Shown here one piece after another: positions 9,845 to 20,100 of a stretch of 64,000 bases of DNA (the first letter of the stretch is position 1; each line of letters begins with the position of its first letter). The DNA is taken from contig JAUYLJ010000041.1 of NCBI GenBank assembly GCA_030699685.1, positions 6,241-70,240 on the forward strand, written 5' to 3'. The translations under genes were made by a program, and so were the position numbers. Under the pieces are notes generated by a model. It was not told the DNA's origin. It was given only the letters and a program-made list of their open reading frames with translations, and searched no databases. This DNA comes from a bacterium. GTDB taxonomy: Bacteria; Patescibacteriota; Patescibacteriia; JAHIZJ01.

Positions 9845-11620
9845 ATGCCCCGCCCCCCCGTCAAACTCTCCACTATTCCAAAAAACCCCGGCGTCTATCT
9901 TTACAAAGATTCTTCCGGCCAAGTACTCTATGTCGGCAAAGCCAAAGACCTGCGCAACCGCGTCTCTTCGTATTGGCACAAATCAGCCCAGCTCGAAGCC
10001 GCCAAGCAGATCATGCTGGAAAAGATCACCGGCCTCGACTACATCATGGTGGATTCCGAAACCGAGGCGCTTTTTCTGGAAACGACGCTGATCAAGAAGC
10101 ACCATCCTCCCTACAACGTCATCATGAAAGATGACAAGTATTTTTCCTACATTAAGATCAACCTGCGCGAAGAGTATCCCTCGGTCACTATTACCCGTCG
10201 CATCGTCAAAGACGGCAGCCGCCACTTCGGACCCTATCCTTCCACGAAAGCCGTCCGGGATACCTTGAAACATCTCAAAAAAATCTTCCCGTTCAAAACC
10301 TGCCTCAATCCCCCGGACAAACCGTGCTTTGATTATCGTATTCACCGCTGCGCCGGACACGACACCGGACCGAAGAGCCGGACGGAATACCGTTTCACGA
10401 TAGAGAGCTTTGTCCATTTTCTTGAAGGACACGCCGACGAAGTCTTAAGCGACTTAAACAACAGAATGGATGAAATGTCCCGTCAGCAGAACTTTGAGAT
10501 GGCCGCCGTCTACCGTGACCGGATCAGCGCCATCCGCCGTATGCTCGAGCGGCAAAAGGTCATCCTCACCCATACCGACAATCTTGACTTCATCAGCCTG
10601 GCGCGGCAAGACGGGTTAAGCGCGATCAATCTTTTCGTTTTCCGCGAGGGAAAATTGATAAACAAAAAATCGTTTATCTTGAAAAACGCCTCCGACCAAA
10701 GCGACCGGGAATTGACCGCCTCTTTCATCGAACAATACTATACCCAGTCAACCGACCACCCCAAGTACGTGATACTCGGTCAATTGCCGAACCGGCCTGA
10801 CGAAATCCAAAAACTCCTTCAGCTAAAAATTGTCACGGCCCAGCGAGGTCAAAAAGCCCAGCTGCTGAAACTCGGCTCCGCGAACGCCCTCGACGCCTTA
10901 TCCAAGACTAAAGCCTCCTGGGAAAGCGACGCGGATAAAGGAAAAGAGGCGGTCAGGGAATTGAAAAAACGACTTCACTTTACTCAGCCGCTGCACCGCG
11001 TCGAAACCTACGATATCTCGAATATACAGGGGACTAGCCCGGTTGGTTCCATGGTCGTCTTCGAAGATGGACTGCCGAAAAAATCCGATTATCGGAAATT
11101 TAAGATCAAAACCGTTATCGGCTCAAACGACCCGGCCATGCTAGCCGAAATGCTCACTCGACGTTTTGAACATACCGCGACCGGCTCAAAAACTGAGTGG
11201 CCCAGGCCCGATCTCGTCATCCTAGACGGGGGCAAAGGCCAACTGTCCGTCGTCACCAAACAACTGGCGAAAAAAGAGGTCAGCATCCCGATCGTGGCGC
11301 TTGCGAAACGTCTGGAAGAAATCTATTTCCCGGACAAGCCGAATCCAATAGTACTCCCGGCAAATTCTCCAGCCCTCTTCCTCGTCCAACGAATGCGGGA
11401 TGAAGCCCATCGCTTTGCTATCGGCTTTTATCGTCAGACGCATAGAAAAAAGTCTGTCGGGTCGCAAATCGATATGATCCCGGGCGTCGGACCGAAGACA
11501 AAGAAAAAACTGATTAAGCAATTTGGCTCCGTCGAAGGAGTAAGACGCGCTGATGAACAAAAACTGATCGAAACAGTTGGCGCCAAAACCGCCAAGGCGA
11601 TCAGAGACGCGCTCGGCTAA
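9845..11620 (+). CDS. uvrC: excinuclease ABC subunit C
   Basis: GIY-YIG N-terminus (PGVYLYK...YVGKAKDLRNRV), YDISN, DGGKGQ, RDEAHRFA, HhH C-terminus. Confidence 0.98.
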   Translation: MPRPPVKLSTIPKNPGVYLYKDSSGQVLYVGKAKDLRNRVSSYWHKSAQLEAAKQIMLEKITGLDYIMVDSETEALFLETTLIKKHHPPYNVIMKDDKYFSYIKINLREEYPSVTITRRIVKDGSRHFGPYPSTKAVRDTLKHLKKIFPFKTCLNPPDKPCFDYRIHRCAGHDTGPKSRTEYRFTIESFVHFLEGHADEVLSDLNNRMDEMSRQQNFEMAAVYRDRISAIRRMLERQKVILTHTDNLDFISLARQDGLSAINLFVFREGKLINKKSFILKNASDQSDRELTASFIEQYYTQSTDHPKYVILGQLPNRPDEIQKLLQLKIVTAQRGQKAQLLKLGSANALDALSKTKASWESDADKGKEAVRELKKRLHFTQPLHRVETYDISNIQGTSPVGSMVVFEDGLPKKSDYRKFKIKTVIGSNDPAMLAEMLTRRFEHTATGSKTEWPRPDLVILDGGKGQLSVVTKQLAKKEVSIPIVALAKRLEEIYFPDKPNPIVLPANSPALFLVQRMRDEAHRFAIGFYRQTHRKKSVGSQIDMIPGVGPKTKKKLIKQFGSVEGVRRADEQKLIETVGAKTAKAIRDALG

Positions 11621-11805
11621 GGTAATTCTCTTCACGCCTGTGCTACGCGGGATGCTATTCCAGCCGCCACCCCTGAATTCCGTACCTGCCATCATGAACC
11701 CTGCATCCCCACCACCCCTGCTTCCGGTATGCAAAGCTTCAGCTTTGCCATAAAAACAAAAAGGGTACCGGTCAGGCACCCTCGCTGAAGAGCATGGGAT
11801 GTGGA

Positions 11806-12291
11806 TCAGTCGCCGTTGAGGTGACTGCAGGAGGCGTAGACCGTGTTCGGCGAGGCATCAAGCGGCTCGGCTTCTCGAGCATAGATGCGGATAACCCGCC
11901 GACCACCCAGATCCTCCACTTGGATGAAGCGGCTCTCCCCGTCGGTGACGTAGAACTCGACTTCATCAGCGGCGAAGAACTTTATCGCCGACCTGCTTAG
12001 ATGGTTGTAGTACTCGTCCCGCACCCGGAAGAGTACCTGGATCGCCTGGCCGCTGACGTCATGGAAGACGTCTTCGGTCAGACTGACCCGCTCGAAGTGG
12101 TCGAGGGGGTACTCCTTGCCCACCTCAATCTCTACCTGACAGTCAGTGACGTACTGCGTCACCGTCCGCGTGACCTGCCGGGGCATCGTCCACCAGACTA
12201 GCCCGCCACCAACAAGTAGAGCCGCTGCTGCGACGAGCCCGACGGACCAACTATACCAATGTCCCCGCTGATCCCGGAAATTGATCCACAT
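11806..12291 (-). CDS. hypothetical membrane-anchored protein (ORFan)
   Basis: AGGAG SD before MWINF, one N-terminal TM helix, GC-rich codon use. Confidence 0.55.
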   Translation of the reverse strand: MWINFRDQRGHWYSWSVGLVAAAALLVGGGLVWWTMPRQVTRTVTQYVTDCQVEIEVGKEYPLDHFERVSLTEDVFHDVSGQAIQVLFRVRDEYYNHLSRSAIKFFAADEVEFYVTDGESRFIQVEDLGGRRVIRIYAREAEPLDASPNTVYASCSHLNGD

Positions 12292-12521
12292 CCATCTCCT
12301 CCTTGTCGAAGGTTCTCTACCACCACAACTCCCTGACACCAAACTTCCTCGGGTTTGAGTCGCCGGGAATCTAGCATGGTAAGAGAAAATTGTCAATCCT
12401 GGTCATTGAACTGGATGATGGGACGGCGAGACAAAGTCTAATTCACCAATCAACTAATTACCTCATTACTACTCACCCAACCCATGGTGGTGAAAAAAAC
12501 GCAAAATGCTATACTCCAAAC

Positions 12522-12683
12522 ATGACACGTCAGAACAAAAAGTTAGTTGAGGAAGTAGAAACCAAAGCCGCTCGCCGTGAACAAAAGAAACGCGTCCACA
12601 TGAAAGTCAGCGGCCGGAGTGTGCTGCGGCTAAAACGAATACTTGAATCCCCGCAGCGTAAAAAAAGGCGAAAAAAGAAATAA
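12522..12683 (+). CDS. small basic hypothetical protein (53 aa)
   Basis: MTRQNKKLVEEVETKAARREQKKRVHMKVSGRSVLRLKRILES...; TGCTATACT 6 nt before ATG. Confidence 0.55.
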   Translation: MTRQNKKLVEEVETKAARREQKKRVHMKVSGRSVLRLKRILESPQRKKRRKKK

Positions 12684-12861
12684 CAACAAGTATCGCTCCG
12701 AAAGGAATAATTTGACGAAAGAGTAATCGTTACTGCAAGCTGGTTAAGTAGTCAATCAATTTACTCATCAGTGATATACATGTCCGCCCGATTGACAAAC
12801 ACCTCCTTTTTCTGGTAGGATTCACCCCAGCCAATCATGGCTATTTTCATTCTCTGAACAT

Positions 12862-13080
12862 ATGGATTTTATTCTCAATATCGCTCTGATAGTGCTCTCT
12901 GTCCTCCTGATCGCCGCCATCCTGCTGCAACAGCGGGGTTCCGGTCTGGGGGGTGTTTTTGGCGGTGAAGGAAATGTTTTTTCAACGCGCCGTGGCGTCG
13001 AGCGCACACTCTTTATATTCACGATTGTCGTGGCGGTCTTGTTCCTGAGCGTGGCGGCGAGCAACCTGTTTCTAAGCTAA
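12862..13080 (+). CDS. secG: preprotein translocase subunit SecG
   Basis: ILLQQRGSGLGGVFGG...RRGVER with two TM helices. Confidence 0.95.
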   Translation: MDFILNIALIVLSVLLIAAILLQQRGSGLGGVFGGEGNVFSTRRGVERTLFIFTIVVAVLFLSVAASNLFLS

Positions 13081-13108
13081 GAGTGTAAGGATACTAAGCG
13101 AACGACGC

Positions 13109-14893
13109 GTGAAACGTTTTCAACAGTGGATACATAAAATTCGACCGGGAGAAAACGCCCGACCCCTCACTCGAACCTGGGGCGCGGGAAGCGGATCCCG
13201 GCGTTTCCAATGGCCCGCCGCCAGACAATGGGGCGGATTGTTTCAAATTTTCTCCAGGACGGAGCGACGCTTCTTCTGGGGTTTGGTCCTGATTTTCGTC
13301 ATTTCTTTATCAACGCTAGGAGTCCGGCTCTATCAGAGATCAACTGTTTTAATCCCTGAGGCGGGCGGTGAATATGTCGAAGGAGTCGTCGGTAATCCTA
13401 CCTATATCAATCCGGTGCTGGCTCAATCAAACGATGCCGATCTCGATATTTCGCGGCTGGTGTTTTCGGGATTATTTACGCATGACGCCGCGGGAGAAAC
13501 CGTGCCGGATATGGCCACTGGATACGAGCTGAGCGAAGACCAGAAAGTGTACACGATTCACTTGCGGGAAGGGATCACTTGGCATGATGGCCAGCCGCTC
13601 ACTTCCAACGACGTACTCTCAACCATTGGCTTCATCCAGGATTCCACGATTAAGAGCCCCTTGGCGGGTAACTTGCGCGGCGTGACAGCTTCAGCCCCGG
13701 ACGACTTGACTGTCGTTCTGACCTTGACTGAGCCGTTCGCTCCATTCTTGAGCTCTCTGACGTTCGGAATTCTACCCGCCCACATTTGGAATGAAATTCC
13801 TCTCCAGTCTTTCCACTTAGCCGAAACTAACTTGAAGCCTATCGGCACCGGCGCGTACAAGTTTCACGAACTGAAGAAAGACCGGCGCGGAAATATTAAA
13901 TCCTATACTCTTGTTCGCAACGAAGGATTCTATGACCGGGCGGCATATATCAAGAAAATCACTTTCAAATTCTACCCTGACCTCGAATCGCTGGTGGAGG
14001 CCGGGAGAAAAAAACAGGTTGAGGGCTTAGGCTATGTCCCGAAAGAGTCGAAAGAATCGCTGGCCAAGAATAAACAGATTATCAATCGTCTTCTAAGGTT
14101 GCCGCAGTACACTGCCGTGTTTCTGAACCAAAAGAACACCCTTCTCTCCAAGCCTGAAGTCAAACAAGCGCTTGCTCACTCGATAAACAAGCAAGGGGTT
14201 ATTGACGAGGTGCTGAACGGAGAAGGTGAAGCGATTGACGGCCCTATCCTGCCAGGATACGTGGGCTATAATCCGGAAATCCGAAAATATGAATTCGATC
14301 CGGTTCGGGCGATGGAGATTCTCGATGAAGCGGGCTGGACCATGGCCGAGGGCGAGGAGTTACGCACGAAAGACGGCCAGGAGCTACAATTTACTCTCAC
14401 CACTATCGACCAGCCTGATTTCGTGGCCTCCGCCAACATGCTGAAAGACTTTTGGCAAAAAATCGGCGTTGGAGTCGTAATCCAAATTATTGATCCGAAC
14501 CGCATCCAGCGCTACGTGATTAAACCGCGTGATTTTGAAGCTTTACTGGTCGGCGAGATCGTCGGCACTGATCCAGATCCGTATCCGTTCTGGCATTCAT
14601 CGCAGGGACGCGATCCCGGACTCAATCTTTCGGTCTTTGTGAACAAAGACGTGGACCAGCTGCTTGAAGAAGCACGGAAAATAACCGATCTGGAGCAACG
14701 CCGGATCAAGTACCTTCACTTTCAGAACATAATAGCGGATGAACTGCCGGCTCTTTTCCTTTACAACCCCACATACACGTACGGGTTGCCTGAAAAAATC
14801 CAAGGATTCGAGCAAGAACGGATCACTGTTCCGTCGGATCGGTTCGTCAACATTACCAACTGGTACATAAACACAAAACGCGTCCGAGAATGA
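13109..14893 (+). CDS. ABC transporter substrate-binding protein, family 5 (OppA/DppA-like), membrane-anchored
   Basis: VPDMATGYELSEDQKVYTIHLREGITWHDG, PIGTGAYKF, DPDPYPFWHS. Confidence 0.92.
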   Translation: MKRFQQWIHKIRPGENARPLTRTWGAGSGSRRFQWPAARQWGGLFQIFSRTERRFFWGLVLIFVISLSTLGVRLYQRSTVLIPEAGGEYVEGVVGNPTYINPVLAQSNDADLDISRLVFSGLFTHDAAGETVPDMATGYELSEDQKVYTIHLREGITWHDGQPLTSNDVLSTIGFIQDSTIKSPLAGNLRGVTASAPDDLTVVLTLTEPFAPFLSSLTFGILPAHIWNEIPLQSFHLAETNLKPIGTGAYKFHELKKDRRGNIKSYTLVRNEGFYDRAAYIKKITFKFYPDLESLVEAGRKKQVEGLGYVPKESKESLAKNKQIINRLLRLPQYTAVFLNQKNTLLSKPEVKQALAHSINKQGVIDEVLNGEGEAIDGPILPGYVGYNPEIRKYEFDPVRAMEILDEAGWTMAEGEELRTKDGQELQFTLTTIDQPDFVASANMLKDFWQKIGVGVVIQIIDPNRIQRYVIKPRDFEALLVGEIVGTDPDPYPFWHSSQGRDPGLNLSVFVNKDVDQLLEEARKITDLEQRRIKYLHFQNIIADELPALFLYNPTYTYGLPEKIQGFEQERITVPSDRFVNITNWYINTKRVRE

Positions 14894-15043
14894 CCCCATG
14901 CCAGAACGAAGTCGTTGGTGCGCCGATTACAGCCTATAATCAGGCTGGGGCTCCGGGAAACTTTCTTACTCTGACTGCCCGTCAGTGGATGGTGGGCAGG
15001 AGAGCAAATACGCTATTATAATATTTGTACTTCAGTATTTTTT

Positions 15044-15130
15044 GCCGCGGTGGTGGAATTGGCAGACACGCACGGTTCAGAGCCGTGTGACCGCAAGGTC
15101 ATGGGAGTTCAAGTCTCCCCCGCGGCACCA
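15044..15130 (+). tRNA. tRNA-Leu (CAG)
   Basis: GCCGCGG acceptor stem, CACGG-TTCAGAG-CCGTG anticodon arm, long variable arm, GTTCAAG T-loop, encoded CCA. Confidence 0.97.
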
Positions 15131-15254
15131 GAAAATAATTACCTAACGCAAACTATCAAAACCCTTGTCAGGAATCCGCTCCCTCCAAACTTAATGCTTC
15201 ATCCTCAACCAATCACTTCACCTATTTTTGTCACTAGTAATTATTTATTATCCA

Positions 15255-16967
15255 ATGCCTCAAAAACCCAAAATACATAAAAAACCCAACCCTCGCAAAG
15301 ACAAGGACGCTGTGCGCATCATTCCCCTCGGCGGACTCGAGGAAGTCGGCCGCAACATGTGCCTGATAGAATACAGAAATGAAATTCTCATCATCGACAT
15401 GGGCCTGCAGTTCCCGGAAGAAAACATGCCGGGAATTGATTATATTATTCCAAATATCTCCTACCTCAAAGGGAAAGAAAAAAACATCCGCGGCGTTATC
15501 ATTACCCATGGTCACTACGATCACATCGGTGCCATCCCCCATCTGATACCGCGGCTGGGGCGCCCGACTGTCTATGGAACGAAGCTGACGCTCGCCATCA
15601 TCGCCAAGCGCCAGGAAGATTACAGAAACAGCGGTAAACTGATTACTCACGCGGTTGACAACAATTCAAGGCTCAAACTTGGCGGGTTTCATGTCGAGTT
15701 TTTCGGCGTCAGCCATAATATTCCCGGTTCGCTTGGAATCATCGTTGATACGCCGCTTGGAAAAATCGTCCACACCGGCGACTTCAAAATCGACTTGAAT
15801 CCATCAGGCGACACTCCGACCGATATCGCGAAAATTGCCCAACTGCATAACCAAAACGTGCTGGCGCTCATGTCAGACAGCACCAATGCCAGCCAACCCG
15901 GGCATCAGTTCACTGAGCAGGAAATCATGGGCAACATGGAAGACATCTTTCGTACTGCCCAAGGCAGACTGATCATCGGCACCTTTGCCTCACTACTAGG
16001 CCGGATCAAACAAATAGTGGACTTGGCGCAAAAGTATAATCGAGTCGTCATCCTTGACGGCTATAGCCTCCGAACCAACGTGGAAATTGCCACTGAGCTT
16101 GGCTACATGAAAGCCAAGCCGGGTACATTTATCACCTATAAGGATATGAAAAGATATCCGAGCCAGAGGGTGCTGATCCTCTGTACCGGAGCCCAGGGTG
16201 AAGATCGGGCCGTGCTGATGCGGCTGGCCAATCGAGAGCATAAGTTCACCAAGATAGAGCGGAACGATACAGTAGTCTTTTCCTCCTCAGTCGTGCCGGG
16301 CAATGAACGCTCGGTGCAGTATCTCGTTGACACTCTGTACCGTGAAGGGGCTGAGGTCATCAACTACAAGATGATGGACATCCACGCCGGAGGACACGCC
16401 AAGCAAGAAGACCTGAAGCTGATGATCAAGCTAGTTCATCCAAGATTTCTTATTCCTATCGAAGGCAATCATTCGTTCTTGAAAATGCACGCCAAGCTGG
16501 CAATAAGCATCGGCTTTTCCGAAAAGAACATTTTCGTCGCCGATAACGGCCAGATAATGGAATTCAACAAGGCCGGGGGCCGATTGACCAATCAGCGCGT
16601 TCCGACCGAATACGTGATGGTAGATGGACTCGGGGTTGGCGATGTGTCTAACGTTGTCTTACGAGACAGACAACAGCTGGCGGCTGACGGGATGGTGGTG
16701 GTAATTGCCACGATCGAAACCCAAACCGGCAAAATAGTCGGCGATCCTGACATTATTTCACGCGGGTTTATCTACATGAAGGGCAGTCAGCAGCTGATCG
16801 AAGAAACCCGTCGCAAAGTCAAAAACATCATCAGCGAAGACCGGGAACCCAAGTCGGCGTTGAACGAAACGTATATAAAGAACAAAATCAGGGATAATAT
16901 CGGCCAGTATCTATTTTCGAAAACCGAACGTCGGCCGATGATCTTACCCGTTATTATTCCCGTCTAG
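15255..16967 (+). CDS. rnj: ribonuclease J
   Basis: IIPLGGLEEVGRNM, ITHGHYDHIG, HTGDFK, HAGGH, ERRPMILPVI. Confidence 0.97.
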   Translation: MPQKPKIHKKPNPRKDKDAVRIIPLGGLEEVGRNMCLIEYRNEILIIDMGLQFPEENMPGIDYIIPNISYLKGKEKNIRGVIITHGHYDHIGAIPHLIPRLGRPTVYGTKLTLAIIAKRQEDYRNSGKLITHAVDNNSRLKLGGFHVEFFGVSHNIPGSLGIIVDTPLGKIVHTGDFKIDLNPSGDTPTDIAKIAQLHNQNVLALMSDSTNASQPGHQFTEQEIMGNMEDIFRTAQGRLIIGTFASLLGRIKQIVDLAQKYNRVVILDGYSLRTNVEIATELGYMKAKPGTFITYKDMKRYPSQRVLILCTGAQGEDRAVLMRLANREHKFTKIERNDTVVFSSSVVPGNERSVQYLVDTLYREGAEVINYKMMDIHAGGHAKQEDLKLMIKLVHPRFLIPIEGNHSFLKMHAKLAISIGFSEKNIFVADNGQIMEFNKAGGRLTNQRVPTEYVMVDGLGVGDVSNVVLRDRQQLAADGMVVVIATIETQTGKIVGDPDIISRGFIYMKGSQQLIEETRRKVKNIISEDREPKSALNETYIKNKIRDNIGQYLFSKTERRPMILPVIIPV

Positions 16968-16996
16968 TTGACGACCCGCAATATTGGTGGTATAAT
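16968..16996 (+). promoter_or_regulatory. sigma70 promoter TTGACG-N17-TATAAT
   Basis: near-consensus boxes with 17-nt spacer directly after the rnj stop. Confidence 0.7.
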
Positions 16997-17127
16997 TCTG
17001 GATAGGAACAGTAACAATAGTGGTTTTGAATATCGGAGGACGCAAAACCAGCGCGCAAAAAGGCGCTTTTCCGTGGACAATTACCCGTCATTTTTTAAAT
17101 GGCGTGATTGACATTATTTTACAAAAT

Positions 17128-17159
17128 AGCGAAAACCCCGAAAATCGGGGTTTTTTGCT
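17128..17159 (+). terminator. intrinsic terminator just upstream of the 1433-aa gene
   Basis: AAAACCCCGA-AAA-TCGGGGTTTTTT. Confidence 0.7.
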
Positions 17160-17181
17160 TGTTATTAAGTAAAGAAAAAAC

Positions 17182-20100
17182 ATGAAAACAGTGTGTTTCA
17201 GAAAAGCGCGACTGCTGAGTCTCGGCCTGGTCGCGCTGGCTCTCATCCTGGCGGCACCCTCGGCCCAGGCGATCGAGCAGGATCCGTATATCTCAGCCGT
17301 GACGTCGGTCACGCCAGCCAGTACGACGCTGGGAGCGACGACCACGTATACGTTTGTGTTTACAATTGGCACCTCGCCCGGCCAGCCGGCCAATTTGAAT
17401 TTTCACATTAACGGCTACGGTTTTTGTGAAAACTGGGAGGCCTGCCAGCCCGATTTCAACAACGCGAGTTTAGTGTCAGGTATCAGCGGTGAATTTCAGG
17501 CTTTTGGTAATGGCTTTAGCGTTTCCTCCAATAGCTGGAATACGGGAGAGTACACGGTGGTAATCAGCGGAGTGCGCAATCCATTGCAAGCACCGGGACA
17601 TTACCGTGCGCAAGGCAGATTGGGTACTGGCGATGATGGAGGCGAAAACCCTCCCAGCACCGTTTCCAGCCCGTTCTTTTTTGGCTCAGGCAAAGTTGTA
17701 AAAGGCACCATCACCGTGCCCGGCGGAGCCCCAGCATCGCAGTCCGGAGTAAACATCCGGTCAGCCGATTTCTCCTACAACAGCGGCGGCGGCACAGATG
17801 AATATGGTTTTTACGCTTTTTCCGGCAGTGGGCTCGTCGTTGGCCAAAACTACTTTATTGAAGCCTGGCCCAGCCCGGAGCAAAGCGGCTATGTTGCCCC
17901 GGATCCAGCACAAATCACCTGGAACAACGCCACGCAGACCGTCAACCTCCAGCTTCAAGTAGCTACGAAAACAATTAGCGGCAGAGTTCGATACCAGGAT
18001 GGCAGTCCTGTAACCTCTGGTGGCGAGGTGAACGCCTGGAAACCGAGCGGTGGCGGTGGCACGAACGCGGTAATTGCTTCAGATGGAACTTATGAACTGG
18101 CTCTATCTGGCGGAAACTGGGAGTTAAACTTGAACGCGGGTTGGGACCAAGAGAATAATCAACCGCGGCAAGTCGACTGGGTCTACAACCAGCCTCAGAC
18201 GCAAGTAACCTTCGCAAACAATTCCTCAGAAGAGACCCGCACAATCAACTTCAATGTCACAAAAACGGACGCCGTCGCCCGAGGAAAAGTCCTCATGCCC
18301 AATGGCCAGCCTCTTCAGGGGGGATCTATTGAAGCACGAGGCAATACCGAAGGGCCCGGCTACCACACTGGTATTAACGGTCAGGACGGTTCTTTCACTC
18401 TCAATCTCAACGCCGGCACCTACAAATTGAACGTGTGGCCGGACCAAAGCAACCCCGATATGGCCCGATTCTTCTTGCCGGAAGTCACTTTCACGGTGGT
18501 GCTTGACGAGAATAAGAATCTTGGCACGTTAACTATGGACGAAAAAACTTCTCGCGTTACTGGTGAGATCACTCTGGAAAACGGCGAGCCGATTTCCGAT
18601 TTCCGAGTGAATTGCTGGCAGACAAACGGCGGATTTGGCTGGGGTGAAGGCAGAACCAATTCCAATGGAGTATACTCTGTCTGGGTTTCCCCCGGTGAAT
18701 GGGAATGTGATATTGATCGCCACGGCGGTACAGAATATATTCTGGCCGAATCTCGCCCATTCCGAACCTATCGCATTGAAGAAGACCAAACAGTTTCTGA
18801 TATTAATTTCGTTCTAAAACGAGCGGACGCCAGCCTCGAAGTCAAATTCGTGGATACGGACGGCAATGCCGTGACGGATGTCTGGGGTTGGGCCTTCGCT
18901 CGCAAGCAAGGCGGCGGTTTTGGGCCGGGAAGTGAATTTGGCAGCAATCTGGATCGCGGTACTGCCACCATCCCATTGCTGGGCGGCGACACCTATGTTG
19001 TCGGCATGCATCTGCCTCCAGGTGAAGCCAGTCTCCTGCTTCGCGAAGAAGTGACGATCGAAGTCCCTGAAGGCGCGACTGTGCAAATCAAACTGACTGG
19101 CGTAGAACCTAACGCGACCATTCGCGTGCTGCTCCAGGACCAGAATGGTCAGCTGATCGAAAATGAAAACGCCGAGATCAACGCCGGCAGTGACGAAGGC
19201 GGCAGTTGGTTCAATGCCCGTCTCAACCCTGATGGATCGGCAAATATCGGGGTGCTTGGCGGCAAACGGTACTTTGTGGGCTACTGGTTCCACAACAACG
19301 ATGAGTTCGTCCAAACCCATCCTAATCAGGCTCCCTTCACCGTGCCGGTCGGAGAAACTGTCACTAAGGTGTTGACTGCTTATCGCGCTGACTCCCAGGT
19401 GACGGCCGAGCTGCTTGATCCTGAGGGCAACGAGGTACCCTTCGGCTTTGTCTGGTGTTCTGACTTTAAGGAAAAAGAAGACAAGGTGCAGGGTGATTTC
19501 GAAGGAGGCTCAGTCATTGACGCCGGCGGTGAAATCCGCGACGGCGTGGCCAACATACCTCTGGTGGCCGGGACCTACACCTGCGGAGCTGGTACCGGAC
19601 CCGATGCCCAAAGCACCTGGATGCCTCCCAAAGAGGTGTCAGACGTAACGGTAGCTCCGGGCTCCCCAGCTGAAATCACTCTCCAGTTCCGTGAAGCTGA
19701 CGCTACGTTGAGCGGCTCGGTAACCCTACCTGACGGAAACAATCCTCCGTTTGGCTGGTGCCACGCCTTCAGCAATGACGGCAACTTCTCCGGTGGCGAG
19801 GTCTTTGACGGGCAAACCACCATCCCGCTGACTGAGGGTACCTGGTTTATCGGTTGCGACACGCACACAACCGATGGCTTCTACCGATCAGATGATACAA
19901 TCGTGACGGTCGTCAAAGGAAAAAATCTGACCCAGGATTTCACGCTGGTGAAGCAGCGCTTCGACATCCCGGAAGGTCTGACCACGCGTTTCAGCGCCAC
20001 TTCTCAGAAAACGCTGACCCTGCCTGACGGCACCGAAGTGACTATTCCGGCTAACGCCTTCAGCAATGAAGACGAGGAAGTTACCTTCATCGCCACCCCG

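Noticed and set aside
17035-17052. GGACGCAAAAC resembling the c-di-GMP-I riboswitch
   Set aside because: The upstream GGCAAAC...GAAA P2 and downstream tetraloop-receptor elements are absent; the bases pair in a simple local stem.
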